From contig JAHLWZ010000801.1 of assembly GCA_020536535.1 (NCBI GenBank), forward strand, positions 62,001 to 126,000: 64,000 nucleotides of DNA. Reading direction: 5' to 3'. The DNA is from Pelomyxa schiedti (taxonomy: Eukaryota; Protista; Evosea). The notes under the pieces are model-generated. The model saw nothing but the letters and a program-made list of their open reading frames with translations, was not told the origin of the DNA and did no database searches. Positions 13,141-26,491 of the stretch are shown here, piece after piece (position 1 is the first letter of the stretch; each line of letters begins with the position of its first letter). The translations under genes and the position numbers were made by a program.

Positions 13141-16100
13141 TTAACCAAATGTGAGTAATATGTTAGGATCCAGAATCAATGGAGTTGAGGATGATGGATT
13201 GAGCCTCTGTATTCTGCCGAGAACGCTTGGTGCCACAGGATCCGGCATCAGAGAATCCGGCTTGAACGAGTGCACAATGTGGGCAAGCTGGACTGGGTTA
13301 AGTGCGCTGAAGGCTGTGTGGACTATGGTCTCGTCAAACAGCACTGCCTTGTCCATGATGAGCAGGTTCCCAGCTTGCTTGATGTGGTCCAAGCGCTGCC
13401 TGTGAACAGATAGATAGGTAGTGGAGGTGAGATAGGAGAATATAAAATGAGTGAGAGGTGGTTTTACCTTGCACGGCTGAGGAATGCACTCTGGTACAGG
13501 AACTCTTCAATTGAGGAAAGACCTAATTTGATTTGGAATCCTTTTCCACACGTGCCTGTTCAATCAGAGGGGAAAAAAAAAAAGTAAGCATTAAAATTTG
13601 GTCACAAGGGGGTGGATACAGCATCCAGGTTGGTTGACAAGCTGGTTGAAAAGTCGGGCGTTTATCCAGTAGCACAACTGAGAGAAGAACTGGAAGCAAA
13701 TAGACCGGGAAATTCCATTGTCAAGAAGTCTTTGGAGTGTTTCCTGGAGAATCTGGATAACATCAGTTATGCTGGGCCCTCCTTTTGGTTTGGCAGCAGC
13801 GGATCTTTTTTTTATTTAGGTGTTTTGAAAAAGTGAAATCAAGTGAAAATGGATGCCTCTACCTAGAAGCACCGCTCACCCTGAGTTGTTCAGGTGGTTC
13901 AAAGATTGCTTGGCACAGGATTCCGTCAAGAATCTGTAAGAAAATAGGTTCAATCCCGAAGGTGTAATTAATAACGAGGGCATACATGCTCTGTTCTTTG
14001 CAACAGCATGAAGAATATTTCGTGAAGTACTTGTTGTAATTGGAACACGAATCGAGGGACCTCACCCTCGGGTGCCGCACTGGGCTTCAAGATGTACTCT
14101 GTCCGGCTGAGTGCTTTATGTTATCCAAATAGAGGTAAAATCGATAATAGGAGGTTACCTTGGTGGTACGAGAGTCCCTTGCACGAAATTCAGAAGACTC
14201 CAGGTCACAGTTACAAAGTATGTGGACATCATGAGGTTGTCTTTATACCCCTGGGAAGTAGTTTGTTTTTGAATCAAACCGAAAAACCAAACTAAATTAC
14301 AAGTTGTCGTACCAGTGAGATAGTCTTTATTCTCTCAGCTATTTTCTCAAAGAAGTCACTGTCCGGCTTTTTCAGGCTGTTCCATTGCTGCAATCGGTCT
14401 ATGATAAGCAATGCTGTGCAGGGAACACCTTGGGCGTCAAATAGTGATGAATCAGCACTGAACAGTGCATTGAGGAGGAATTCTTCGATTTTTAGCTTGT
14501 GCTCTGCTTGCTATGTTCGTTAGTGACTCAAGGGGAAATAAGAAAATGAAACCTGGACTTTAGCTAGTAGTTGCTTATCTCCACTTTCCTTCACGCAAGT
14601 CATTAATTCCCATAGATTTGATTAAAAGAAAATGGGCCACCTGGGCATGACGCTCCATCTTTTTCTTTGCTTTCTGAGATTCTTTCAATTTTTTGCGTAG
14701 AGATTCTAATTCCTGTGCATCTTCTTGGCCTACTTGAAGCTGATTACGCAGTTTCTCTTCCAATTCATCCCTATCACCCTCCAACTTCTTGACTTGCTCT
14801 TTGAGCTTTTGCATGGTTTGGAGCATTTGTGTTCTGGTCCCTTCCAATTTGGATATTTGATCACGGGACTCTGCTCTAATTTTTTCGGTGTCATGGAGGA
14901 ACTGTGCTTGTCTGTCAGTAAGGGACGATTGCAGGTCGGTGGTGGTTTTCCGCGTATTGGAAAGCTGGGACTGCAGGTCTGCATTCAAGCAAGTTTGTTC
15001 CTAAGTAAATTTCCTTTTTCATGGGTTTATTGTAGATTGATAGAAATACATACATTAAGCTTGACTTTGAAGTGAGACAATTCTGACGACAGTTGGGAAT
15101 TTTGACTTTCTAACTCGCTCTGCTTATGGCGCAAATCATCGATTTCTTGAAGTGCAGTGCGCAGTTTATTTGATAACTCATCTTTTTCAGCATTCAGTTC
15201 TGTAAGTTGCTGGGAAACTCTGGCCAAGGAACTGGTTTCAGATTCTAATTTGTCCAGGAGGTCGTGATTGCTATCTCGTAAAGTAGCCACAGTGCGTGAG
15301 ATAGATTCACTGCTTTCAGCCCCCGAATTCCCTGATGCTGCTTGTTCCACTCTTTTGGCCAAATTATCTCTCTCTTCCTTCAATCTGTCAATCTGAGAAG
15401 TTTTGTGTTTGAGCTGCTGTTGAAGTTTTTCCGAATCATCAGTTTGTCTCTTCAGTTCAGTTTTAAGTCGTTCAATGTTAGACTGTAAATCTGTGTTGGT
15501 TTTTTTGGATGTCTGCAGCTCAGTGCGGATTTGCTCAGTTTGGGTGTTGTTGTGCGACAACTTTATAGTCATCTCCTGTAAGCTGTTTCTAGCTGCTTCA
15601 AGCTCTCTGTGTGTAGCAGTTTCTTTTTCAGTTGCTGTTTGCAGTTGTTGCTGTAGATCCGCTTGAGCTGCACCTGAAGATTGGAGGAGAAGCTGCCTTT
15701 CTCGCTCCCAAGTTGCAGTTTTGGTTATCAATAAGTCTTCAGCAAGTTTAATCTGCTGGTGCGAACTGTTAATTTGGGATTCTGCTGTTGCAGCTGCAGC
15801 CCGAGTTTCTATATTGGCTTTCTCAAATTGATTGGTAATACGTGCCACATCTCCTTTCAGTGACGTGACAACCTAAAGGGAAGGTTACAGGTTGAAAGAA
15901 GTCATCTGGAAGAAACCTTCAATTGCTCCTGCAGTTCAGCTTCAAGTGCCACCACTCTCTTATTGGAGGTGTCAAGTTCCACTTTCAGGCCTGCACACTT
16001 GGTTTCTAACCCTTCATCGGGTTTCGCAATCAATTCTTCCTTATTTTTATGTCCCCTCTCAGCTTCTGGGTGGGAGCTGAGGTTAGCAAGCTTAGATTTG

Positions 16101-17883
16101 AAATCAGCAACTGCTTTTTGACTTTCCGCGTACTGTGCTTTAAGGCCACTATTTTCTTTCGAGAGTCCAGCCACTTCTTCTTCATACTGCCTAACTTTAG
16201 CTTTGGTTTGCTCCATCTCAATGGTGAGTTTTTGAAGTTGTACAGCGACATCCTCTTTTACTGGTTTCTTCTGCTTTGCAGCCATTTCTTCTGATTGCTT
16301 CAAGTCAGCTTGGGTTCTCTCCAATGCCGTTTTCAGGTCAGCTATTGTTTTTTCACTGCGTATCTTCTCCGCATTCATTTTCTTTTCCAAGGCAGTGAGC
16401 TGTTCTGTGAGCTGTGTATTGGATTCCGCAGATGAACTTTTACTTGGGGTGCCTTTGGCCTCAAGAACTCGAATTTGGGCCACCAAGTCTGCTTCCTTAG
16501 TGGAATGTGCAGATTCGATATCACGGATGTGGTTCTCTTTCGAGAGCAAATCATCTGTATTGTGGGTTTAAGCACGTAATGGGGAAGGTGGGGGTTCAAA
16601 CCTTTGACTTTCTGGTGGTCTGTGGAAAGTTCAGAAAGCTTAGTTTTCAATGTTTCTATCTCTTTCGTAGATTCATGCTGAGAGTGCTTAGCTGATTTCT
16701 CTTTCTTGTCCAGTTCAGTTTTTAGGGTATCACGGGATTTTGTTAAGGTGGCAATTTGTTCTCTGAGAGAACTGATTTCATCGTTGTGCGGGGATGCATC
16801 AGTGTGAGTGTCACTATGTGTTGGAACTGAGCTGGGAGATTTAGGTGTAGTAGTGGTTTCATCTTTCACTACAGGTGCACTCTCTCTGTCTTCCTCCCTG
16901 CTGGAGGATGAATGGTGTCTTGAATGTGAATGCTCTTTTGAAGAATGAGAGGAGCTGGTCTCGCGACTGTGAGACTTTTTGCTGCTGTGAGAATCTTTGT
17001 GAGGTGAGGATGGAACTGATTCCTCAGCTGCTGTGGTACTTGGAGCAGGGGCAGTGATGCTAATTGTAACTGATGGTGATGTAGATGCCGTTGGTTTTGG
17101 TTCAACAGCGGGCTTGTCCAATTTGTCAGGTTTGTCAAATACATCAGATTTGTCTTCAGCTTCGAAGTCGACCTTTTCTTCATCTTCATCTTCCTGAACA
17201 GGGTTAAGTGGGTATAGTATATATGGTTTACATCAGCTTCAGACAACAGCACATCAGTTTCATCTTCTCTTTGGAAAGTGAAAAAGAAAATATCAAGAAA
17301 TAAGATGGAGATACGCTGCGGATGTGACTCCCAAATTTTCAGAGGTAATTTTAATCTAGAAGAATTACAATTAAAGCCATTTCAGGGAAATTAGTACACA
17401 CAAGTAAAGAAAGAGGCCCGCCCTTAGAGCCTTTTTTCTTGAGATTCAGTGTGGCTGTCTTAACAGCGCCACCAAGATCGGCATAGTCACTCATATTGAC
17501 TGTGGTTTTACCCAATGTCCTCTTTTTCTTTCCCTTATCCTCCTTTACGTAGAAGATAATATTTTTGGCATCCTTTTATGTTTTGGTTTGTTAAGTTGTC
17601 CGATTTGTACCCAACCCGCAAGACGATAAAAAATACAAAATTAGAATAAACATTGCAATACATAAGACGAAGCCTCCTTGAAAAGTGTGCAAGTGACAGT
17701 TACGGTTTCGGCCCACTCGCACGTCCCGGCCCTGACCGGCTTCGAAGCCGTTGTGCCTTGGTTCTCTTTCTTGGAGCCTCGCTTCCACCCCACGCACGCC
17801 GACGAGACCCCGTCGGGTAGCCCAGTGGCCATCACGTACGTAAGGCGGTAACGTTGCTTCACTGCTGGCTTCTTCTTGAACAT
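13141..17883 (-). CDS. NT-C2 (EEIG1/EHBP1-type) domain, Ser/His-rich linker, long coiled coil and C-terminal DIL domain protein
   Basis: N-terminal VGWKRGSKK..GTTASKPV...CEWAETVTVTCTLFK...LGKTTVNMSDYA (NT-C2); heptad-rich exons at 14575-16549; DIL-like last exons; ATG at 17883, TAA at 13141. Confidence 0.78.
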
Positions 17884-19122
17884 TCTCTCTTGGTAGTCGT
17901 TTGCCTGTGTTGTTGGTCGCACACCCCCCCAAGAGGTTTCGTCTCTTTGTTTTTTTGGGAAAAAATTGCGTTTGGTTCGCGAAAAAAAGTGTCATCATCG
18001 TGGAAACAAAAAACTCGTGACCCTGTGTCGAGCCGTCTCCGCGATTCCTGTTTTTGCTCTTGGAATACGCTGAGACAAGTTTCTCTTTTCTCTGGCTTTG
18101 CCAAGCTGTCAACTGCTCTTTTGTTACCCTTGGCTGTCACCCCACCCATCCTTTGACAACCAGGTTTTTGGGTGTTGAATGCACACACTTGCCTGTTTCA
18201 GAAGCGGGACACGTGATGTGCGCATAGCATTGCGATTCCTCCAGTAGCTGGTGCAGCTGAACCCAGCTGATGCAAGCTGATGCAGAAACAGCAGACTTTG
18301 GTTATCTTGGCTTGCCTTGGCTTTTGGGGTTCCAACATTTGTCCAGAATTGCAATTAGCCCCCCCCAGCCAAGTGGGTTATGTGAGGTCTCAGAGAATGT
18401 GGGTTGCAGCAATATTATTCCGATGCCGCTAAACCAAACCTTCAAAACCCAGTCGAAGGATGTCTATTAACGAAATTATGTGTAGAGAGATTGTAGACAG
18501 ACATTTGGGACTCACACTTTTTGGCATCAACGGGGCAGAAAAGGTCCTGGTTCTCTGTGCCCTGTGAAGGGAAAATTCTGAAATGTCTGGACCACATCGG
18601 GACCAGACACGTTCTACAATTTCGTGGTCTTTCCAGTGTCTGAGGAGCATCACATGGCAAGATCCAAAGACCCAAAAAATTAAAAGTGTGAGTCCCAACA
18701 TTTTACTGTCAGCTGTCATGATGATGAGAAATTCTAGGGCAAGTCAAGAACCCTGGTGCTGTGTGATGATGCGACATTCTTGGGCAAATCGAAGAAGTCT
18801 GGTCTGGTATCTTCCACATCAAAATCCCAACTGATATTTCCAGCAGAGAGGATGTAAGAGGATGGATTCTATTCTTGTGAAAACCCACGAAGTCTATGAC
18901 TGTTGTGACTCTGACGAGGACTTTTTGATCCCTTCCACAAGAAAGCCCACCAGTGATACCTCCAAAATACTCAAACCTCATTCCATTGTAATGACCTTGT
19001 TTGGGTATTGCTGCTTTTTATACTGTATAAATTGTTGCTTTTTTGGAAAACTGGGGCAAGAGCACAAGATAGAGGCTCAGACCATCTGATTTCGCAGAAA
19101 ACACCTAAGTTGGTTTAAACCA

Positions 19123-22100
19123 ATGGCAGACCCGCCCTCAGCCGCCACACCGCCGCCACCAACCTCACAACCACCAATCTACCCGCCACAACTTAGGCCT
19201 GGGTCGGGAGTCTCGTCTCTTTTGCTCCTTCCTCCCCAGCAGCAGCAGCTCTCGTCCCTGCGGCCTCCCCCGCCGCCCCCTTCCTCGCTGTCCTCCTCCC
19301 CCTTGGCCCCCGGGGCCCCGCTTTCTCGGGCCGCCCCTCCCCTCCCTTCCGCCTCCCCGTCCGCGCGGCCGCCCCCGCCCCAGTACCAATCCGCCTCGTC
19401 CGGCAGGTCCTCCCCCTCTACCTCGCCGCTGCCCCCCTCGCGTCCCCCCTTTCTCGCTGCCGCAACCACGGCGCCCCAGTCGGCTGCTGCTGCTACTACA
19501 GTAAGCCCCGCAGCCACGATGTCGACCACTAGCACTAGCACTACGATTATGGGAATGGGGATGGGGGGTAATTCCAGTGGTGCCGCGAATAATTCAGTTG
19601 GGGGTGACTTAATGCTACTGGCAACATCGACCAACGTGAAAGCAAAGTTGAGCCCCGCGGAATCCCTGGAGTGCATATTGTGTGTTGGGCCACTGGTAAT
19701 TTACCTCACTTGTGATTTCATTTCCTTTTCTTTGTAAAGTTATCTGTATTCCCTAACACTCAACTTTTTTTTTTTTTTTTTTCAAAATGTTAAATTTGGG
19801 GATATTCAACTATGTACATTCAATACTGACTGGGACGTTGTGGTGCAGAGAAAGGCGGAAATACTCAAATGTGGGCACTCTTTTTGTTCTGAGTGTATAC
19901 GGCAGTGCATCCCAGTGACGCACAAATGTCCTGTGTGTAGCAAAGAATGTACATTAGACGATCTTACTGTAGAATATTCCCTGCGACACATTGAGGAACT
20001 GTGTGCTCTACAGACATTCCTTTTTTTTGTACTCACTCCATCCCAGAACACAGAACAAAGCCACTGTAACCAATGAAATTTTGGAGCTAATCAGGTTTGA
20101 CCAGAGAGTCACAGAAATTCTTTGTCCAACTTCTTTTCAGGAGGCTCAGGGAACGAGCTCTTCAGACAGAAATTGCCACGAGACAACACCAAGAATCCCT
20201 CAATGCCTGCCAGAAGCTTGAAAATGAAAAGAAACGGCTTCAAGCTGAAAAACAAGACTCGGCAAATGTTCTTGCACAGCAACTGCAACGACTGGAAAAA
20301 GAAAGAGATGATCTCCGAAGGAAAGAGAAAGAGGCTCTGGACAAATGGTTCGAATCCCAAAGGTTGAATCGCGAGCAGTACAGAGTTTTTGAGAAACAGA
20401 AGCAAGAATTTGAGCAACTAAGACGTGAGAAGGGGAATTTGGAACAATTGCTGGAAAGAGAGAGAACACTGGTTTTGGCATTCTTTTTTTCCGTTAAAAT
20501 AGGCTTACTTCTATTATTCACAGGAAGAAGGAATTCGCAATTCCGGTGAACAAGAAAGATTACAACTCCAAACCCAACTAGAATCTGTTCAGGCATCCAA
20601 GCTACGTTTTGAGCAAGAGAAAGCAAATGCACGTACCCTACAGTTCTAGGGTCACTAATCACCACCCCAAAGATAGAAGCACAGCTGCAAAACTTGCAAG
20701 CACAAACACTGAAAATGACACAGGAGGCAGAAGAAGAACGCCTTGCGGCATGTGTCAAATCACTCATCCTACGAACAATAACCCCAAAGTTGTAGCTTCA
20801 AAGAGAGTTGGACCTGATTAGGCGGAATGCAGAAACCGTTGAGCAGGACAGAGCAACTGTGTGGCCTTCCTATGATAATCTTGTCCCTAATCACTAATGA
20901 TACCAGTCTCTTGGCCAATTGGAACAGCTTCAAAGTGCCAAAGTCAATCTAGAAAAAGAATTAGAAACAGAACGCGCTAGTGCTATGCTGGTTATCTATA
21001 TATGTGCTGTAAAAGCAATACCAACGGTAAAAATAAGGCTCAAACTGAATTGCAACGACTAAATGCTGAGAATGAAGAATTAGAAAGGACCTTTTTAGCC
21101 CAACGAAAGTTGGTTGTCAAACTCATGCAAGTGCCACAACACCTAACCTTTTGCTTAGGCACAAGAGGGAATTGAACAAAAAGCATTTCTCGAACAACAA
21201 CTAGAGATAGAGAAAGCAAAAGCTGCCCAAGAAAGAGCTCAATTTGAGTTACTGCTGGAACAACAAAAAGCAGCCGTAACTGCATCCAGAAATAGTCAAT
21301 TTTTCTTAATCAGTTTCCTAGTATTCTCAGATGCAGGCTGAGCTCAATAGAAAGGAGGCTGTCATCGAGCATGTGGTAAGCCTTTACTCGTAATATCAGC
21401 AACTAACAAACAATTCTAGTCGGAACAAAATCGAGTTTTATCGCAGCAGGTACAGTCTCAGTCACTACCATTACAATCAAACATTTCTTGCTCGAAAACG
21501 ACTAAATCAACTGAAAGTACTAGTGGATGGGGAGGTAGTTTCATTGTATTCTGGCTCTTTGTCTTACTAGTACTACGGGGGAAAACAAAGATAGTTTTAT
21601 GAAATTCGTGTATTCATGGGTCCCACCAATGACCGCCTCAGTGATGACATCTTCTGCGAGTGGAGAGTTCATCACCTCAATAGATCAATATACTCTTCAC
21701 GAACAGCTGGGTGAAACAACAGTATTTTTTGCATACAATTCTGATTCGATTTAATTTGAATGCAGGATATGACTTTCTTCAGAGCATCTAAAAAACAGTA
21801 TGTGGTATGATTCTCTTGATCATTGGGAGTGTTTTGTATATGTGCTAAATTGAAAAACCCTTTGATTCTGGTTACAGATACTCTAACGCGTCTGTGTCAC
21901 TGAAGAAGCTTCCTCTTCCTCCTTTACCGTACAAGCAGCAAGAATTGATGAACGCATTTCGGTTGAGAACACTCTCCTTTCAGCACTCTCCTAACCTTAA
22001 ATCATTCTAAACAGTTATCCAATGTTCCTGCACAAACTATCTCATAAATCCATTGTAAAAATAGTCTCCCTTGTACAGACTCCAAATGTGAGCCTTCTCA

Positions 22101-22994
22101 TGATTTCTATTAAAAAAACCCAAGTGTCTTTGACAAGAATCCCAGGACTACATCTATGTGTCATTTCCATATTATAAATACGACCTCGACTTCTTGATCC
22201 GCCAAAATCGTCTCTCTTTTGAGCAAAAGGTTCTCATCACAAACCATATTTTACACGCTTTGAGCTATTTACATTCTCGTGAAGTTGTATGCATTTCAAC
22301 AAAAATCGGCGTACATGAGATCCTTACCCTTCCTCAGGTACATCGCTCGCTAAGGCCATCAGCAGTATTTTTAAGCACTACGAACCTCAGTGACTCCGCA
22401 CCGGCAGTTATTTGTTCTTTCGACCATGCTCTTTGTTTGCCACAACTTCAATATGGTCAGGGATCGCCGCCGCCTTGTACTCGCTACCACCCCCCGGAGG
22501 TCCTCAATACACCTTCAATGCCGGTACAGTGGAAGAGTGCTGACATGTGGGCTGCTGGGTGCATTCTAGGTGAAATGCTTATGGGTAGAGCACTATTCAG
22601 TGTAGCTGCAGCGCAAGTTTGCTCCCATTCCACTGTACTCACAACTAACATATTCTTTCCAAAGTCACTTGGGTTTGCAGCCACCAAGCAGTACTCACAA
22701 GCATTCCCCGTTCTGCAGTGCTGCACTTCTCATGGATTTTCCGGCCTGTCTAGGCTTCCAGCCTTCCAGCAGTACCCCGCCGACCTTATTGCTCTACTAG
22801 AGCGGCTACTCTGGTTTGCACCCACACATAGGCCCACGGCACAAGAAGCCCTGAACCACACATGCTTTGCTCCAAGAGCGGCTGTAAATTACCCTCCAGC
22901 CACACCTGAGGAATTGGTGGCTTTCTCTGACGTGTCTGTGATGGAGTTTCTAAGGCAACAACTGCCCTCCATGGCCCAACAGTGTGTACCATAA
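19123..22994 (+). CDS. Pro-rich N-terminus, RING finger, coiled coil and MAPK/CMGC-like pseudokinase
   Basis: CILC...CGHSFCSECIRQCIPVTHKCPVC (C3HC4 RING); coiled-coil exons at about 20140-21450; kinase-fold motifs VSLKK, HRSLRPSA, ICSFD, YHPPE, DMWAAGCILGEML, LLWFAPTHRPTAQEALNH. Confidence 0.78.
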
Positions 22995-23060
22995 CAAGAA
23001 TCAAGAACAAAAAGAAATAAGTGTTCTGGAAAAGGATACAACTTTCTCAATTATGAACAT

Positions 23061-26040
23061 TTACCAACATGAGCAAACGCACAAGCAAACAATCCACCCT
23101 TGTACGGTTAAGTCCATATCCCACAGATTCTTCTTCTCGTTCTTGATGTACTTGTCAGCAAGTTGTGTTCCCTCATTTGCGGCGGCAGCGGAATTGAAAG
23201 TGGTGAAGGTGGTACCAAGACCTAGAGGTAGAGACTGTTAGAGTTTAATTGGGACTTCAAGGTAGGATTTACCGGGTAGGAGCTTGTATGTGAAATCACA
23301 GTACCCTGGAAGTGCATTGAGGTAGTTGAGCCAGTGGGATGAAAAGTCAGCAGCCTGATTGGTGGTGAGTTTCGTTGAACTCACTCTTACCATCACTTTC
23401 AAATCTGGTGCATGAAATTAGCTTGATGGGAGAAGCACCCTCACGCCTATTTTTTGGCTCACCAATTTGTAAAACTTTGTCTGGTGAAGGGAAGCCAATT
23501 GCCAGGCCCATTTGGTTGGAATTAGAGAGTGATTGAAGGGATTGCAGTTGTGGTAGAGCCTGTTGGCCCGTCTGCTGAGGTTGAGTGAGTTGAGTCGAGG
23601 AACCTACTTGCTGTGCATTTGCTGCTAGGGACACCACTGGGGAGCCATTTCCTTTTGAAGTAAGATGCGCAATCAGTACATTCTATAGTAGTATACTTAT
23701 TGATCTCCCTTTCTCTAGAGAGAACGGAGGGCTGCGAACTACTTCATTCCCCGGAAGTTCAAGTACTAGTTGAACGGTGGATTGCAGATGTTCACTATTT
23801 ATTTTACGTGTTCAGTCGGGTATGTCCAAGTGATAAAATTGGAAAAACCTGGAGGATGAGCAGTGACTTTTACAACGATCCAATGTGCAACACACATAGC
23901 CATTGGGCATTCTTGCAGCTTCAAAGACTTTTTTACTAGATGCTTTGAGGGTGATAAGCTTTCCAGATGTAGAGGAACAAATCGGGCAGTGCACGGCTGC
24001 AAATCTTATTAAAACTGATGCGCACGTTTTGGCTCGATACCCTCATTGGTTCCTTCTTTGCAGGTTTTCATGTTTCTTACACATTGCTCAAAAATTTTCT
24101 CGTCTGTGAGACCATGTTGCGTTCGATACTCAGAGCTCATGATAAGGTGGACCTTATTGCGGGATCAACCTAGATTTCTGCTGTGGGAGTGCGGTTTACC
24201 TGGAAGCTTTTGTCTCGATGAATTTTAGTGGTGCTAAGATGAAGTACACAGTTGTTCCCAGAATGAAGTTTGTGCTCCACCTCGTGATAAATTTGCTGGA
24301 GTTGCTCGTCGTTGAGAGGCTCTGCATCAATATAAACAATGTTTCATGGAAATAAGATAAGAATACCACTTGTCACTAGTGGGGTTCCGGACTGCTGAAG
24401 GGGAGATGATCCACTTGGCATAGTCAGCCCCATTGTCATGCTTAAAGCCTGTGCTTGCTGTAATACCGGAGCTAACCCTCCGGGATGAGATACGCCACGT
24501 TGTAATGCTGAGAGAGGTGAATATTGAGTATTGTTGGGCAGATACCATTGACTAAATCGGGGCTGTTGAGACCCAACGCAGCTGGAGCACCAGGCAGATC
24601 CGGTAGGCCATTCCATGTACTGTCGAACTCCGGAGAAGATTCCGGGAATGTAGGTGTTGTAATATCACTACTTGATGGAGAATGCAGTTGTTGAAGCAAC
24701 TGCTGTGAAGGTAAGGGAGTGGCAGCACTATTTAATTGAGAATCGGTTGCATTGGATTGGATAGATGACACAGTGGAATTGCTGGGGGTTCCTGAGGTTG
24801 AGTGGGGGTGTGTCACATCTTGCATTTCAGGAAGTCTTACAACTTTACGGGGAGGGGCCTGCATGAAGTCTTATTTATTGTACTGTGGATTTTTGGAAGA
24901 TGAATTTACCACAAGGTCCCCTTCTGGATGTGTTCCAGAGGATGAATCGTTTCCCAAAGGCGGCTTGGAAAAGGTTAAATGCAACTGCTAAAGATAGTAG
25001 TATGGTACTTGTAATGTCCCCAAGAATGCAAGTAACGAAGGAGCATCATTTCCAAAAAGATTCCTTAAACTACCAAGAACATTATTCATGTTGCTTGTTT
25101 GAAGAAGTCTGGAAGCAGTGGTGTCTCCAGGAGAGTTGTTTATCGTTCCCAGACTGGAAAGGCTTGGAGGAAATCCTGGATTACCGCCATTGTTTGTTCC
25201 ACTTTCCATTTGAAGTCCACTTCCAAGGCCAAGTCCTCCCATGGGTAAGTTGCCCACTGATCCCAATGCACCCACGTTTCCGGGTGACAAACCACCCATG
25301 GGTGGCAGCCCAGTTAGTGAAGAAAGCCCAGTCAGTGAAGAAAGCCCACTGGTACCAAAATTTCCCAGACCCATAGGCAAGTTCATTGGATTGGGAGTAT
25401 GCAACGCAGGCATGCTTCCCATTGCAGGGGTGCCCAATCCAGACAAGTGTCCAACTCCACTATTACCCATTAAGCCAGCCAATCCCAAATTTCCTAAGTT
25501 CATATTGCCGAGTCCCGTGTTTGTTGCCGATAAGACTCCTGGCATGTTCATCATTCCGAGAAGAGCACTCAAATTCACACCACTGCCACTAACAGGGGGT
25601 GTTGAAGATGGTGTACTATTTGGGGTTGGTGTGAGAGACTGTGCTGATGGTGTGTTTTGTAGGTTCATTGAAAACGGTACTGCTGTAGAAACCATGTATT
25701 GTTGTGATGGGGGATTGGTTATTGGGGTACTAACGTTACTGGAGCCTCCAAACTGAAAGGTTGGTTGTAGATTTTGAGGTTGAGATGATGAAAGTAATTG
25801 TGCTATCTCGTTAATGACAGCAGGGGTGGATGGAGCCAATAGAGAAAACCCCCCGGATGTGGGGTTTTGTTGTGTGTTAAAGCTAGGTTGTTGAGGTGAT
25901 TGTTGTAAGTGTAGTAGTTGCTGCATTTGGAGGTTTTGAATTTGTTGCTGGAGGTTATGTGGGGGCATATTCATCAAGGAAGATAGATTCTGTTTAAATT
26001 ATTTTCATCTAAAGAGCTGAAAACATGGGAAAGATACCAT
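23061..26040 (-). CDS. Gln/Gly/Ser-rich transcription factor with a CudA-like core domain
   Basis: Low-complexity Q/S/G/M N-terminus; spliced core KIHRDKSFQVHL...CPICSS...TLDRCKSHCSSSSEHLQSTVQLVLELPGNEVVRSPPFSL resembles the amoebozoan CudA/SpaA domain as I recall it. Start approximate. Confidence 0.55.
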
Positions 26041-26491
26041 TGAATGTGGGGAACCACTCACGCCACGGGACTTGAATAATTAAGTGCCAAAGAAATCACA
26101 ATAAAATAGGAAAATACTTGAATACGTGAAGCATCGTCTTTGGAGGGCTGCATTTCCTACTGTAGTATCTTATGAGGAAATGAAAGGGGTGGAAAAAAAA
26201 ACCAAAAAAAGGGGAAAAGGACAAGCACGAACCACAACAACACGACGGCAGATCGTCGTTGCTTGTTATCTTGTGTGTCTGAGGCCGCTACACCGACAGA
26301 TCCGGTAATCCCGTACGCGTGATGGGGCAGCGGCACTGATTGTTTTCAAATGTGATTTTGCTTTTTGCTTTTTTCTTCCAGTTTGGATTTCGGGTGTTTT
26401 ATTTTTGTAGTTTCCCGCGGTGTGAAATATGAGATTTAGCCTAACCATCATTTTGGTTGTGGTTTCCTTGCAGGGCAACTTTGCTTTCCTG

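Larger units (their letters stand above)
7628..15082. repeat. Right arm of the giant inverted repeat
   Basis: Begins tgtggtcgaggtggg at 7628, the reverse complement of the left arm end. The constant coordinate sum means no net indels between arms. Confidence 0.98.

Noticed and set aside
20345-20360. ggttcgaatccc tRNA B-box-like motif
   Set aside because: It encodes WFESQ within a coiled-coil exon and has no tRNA structure around it.
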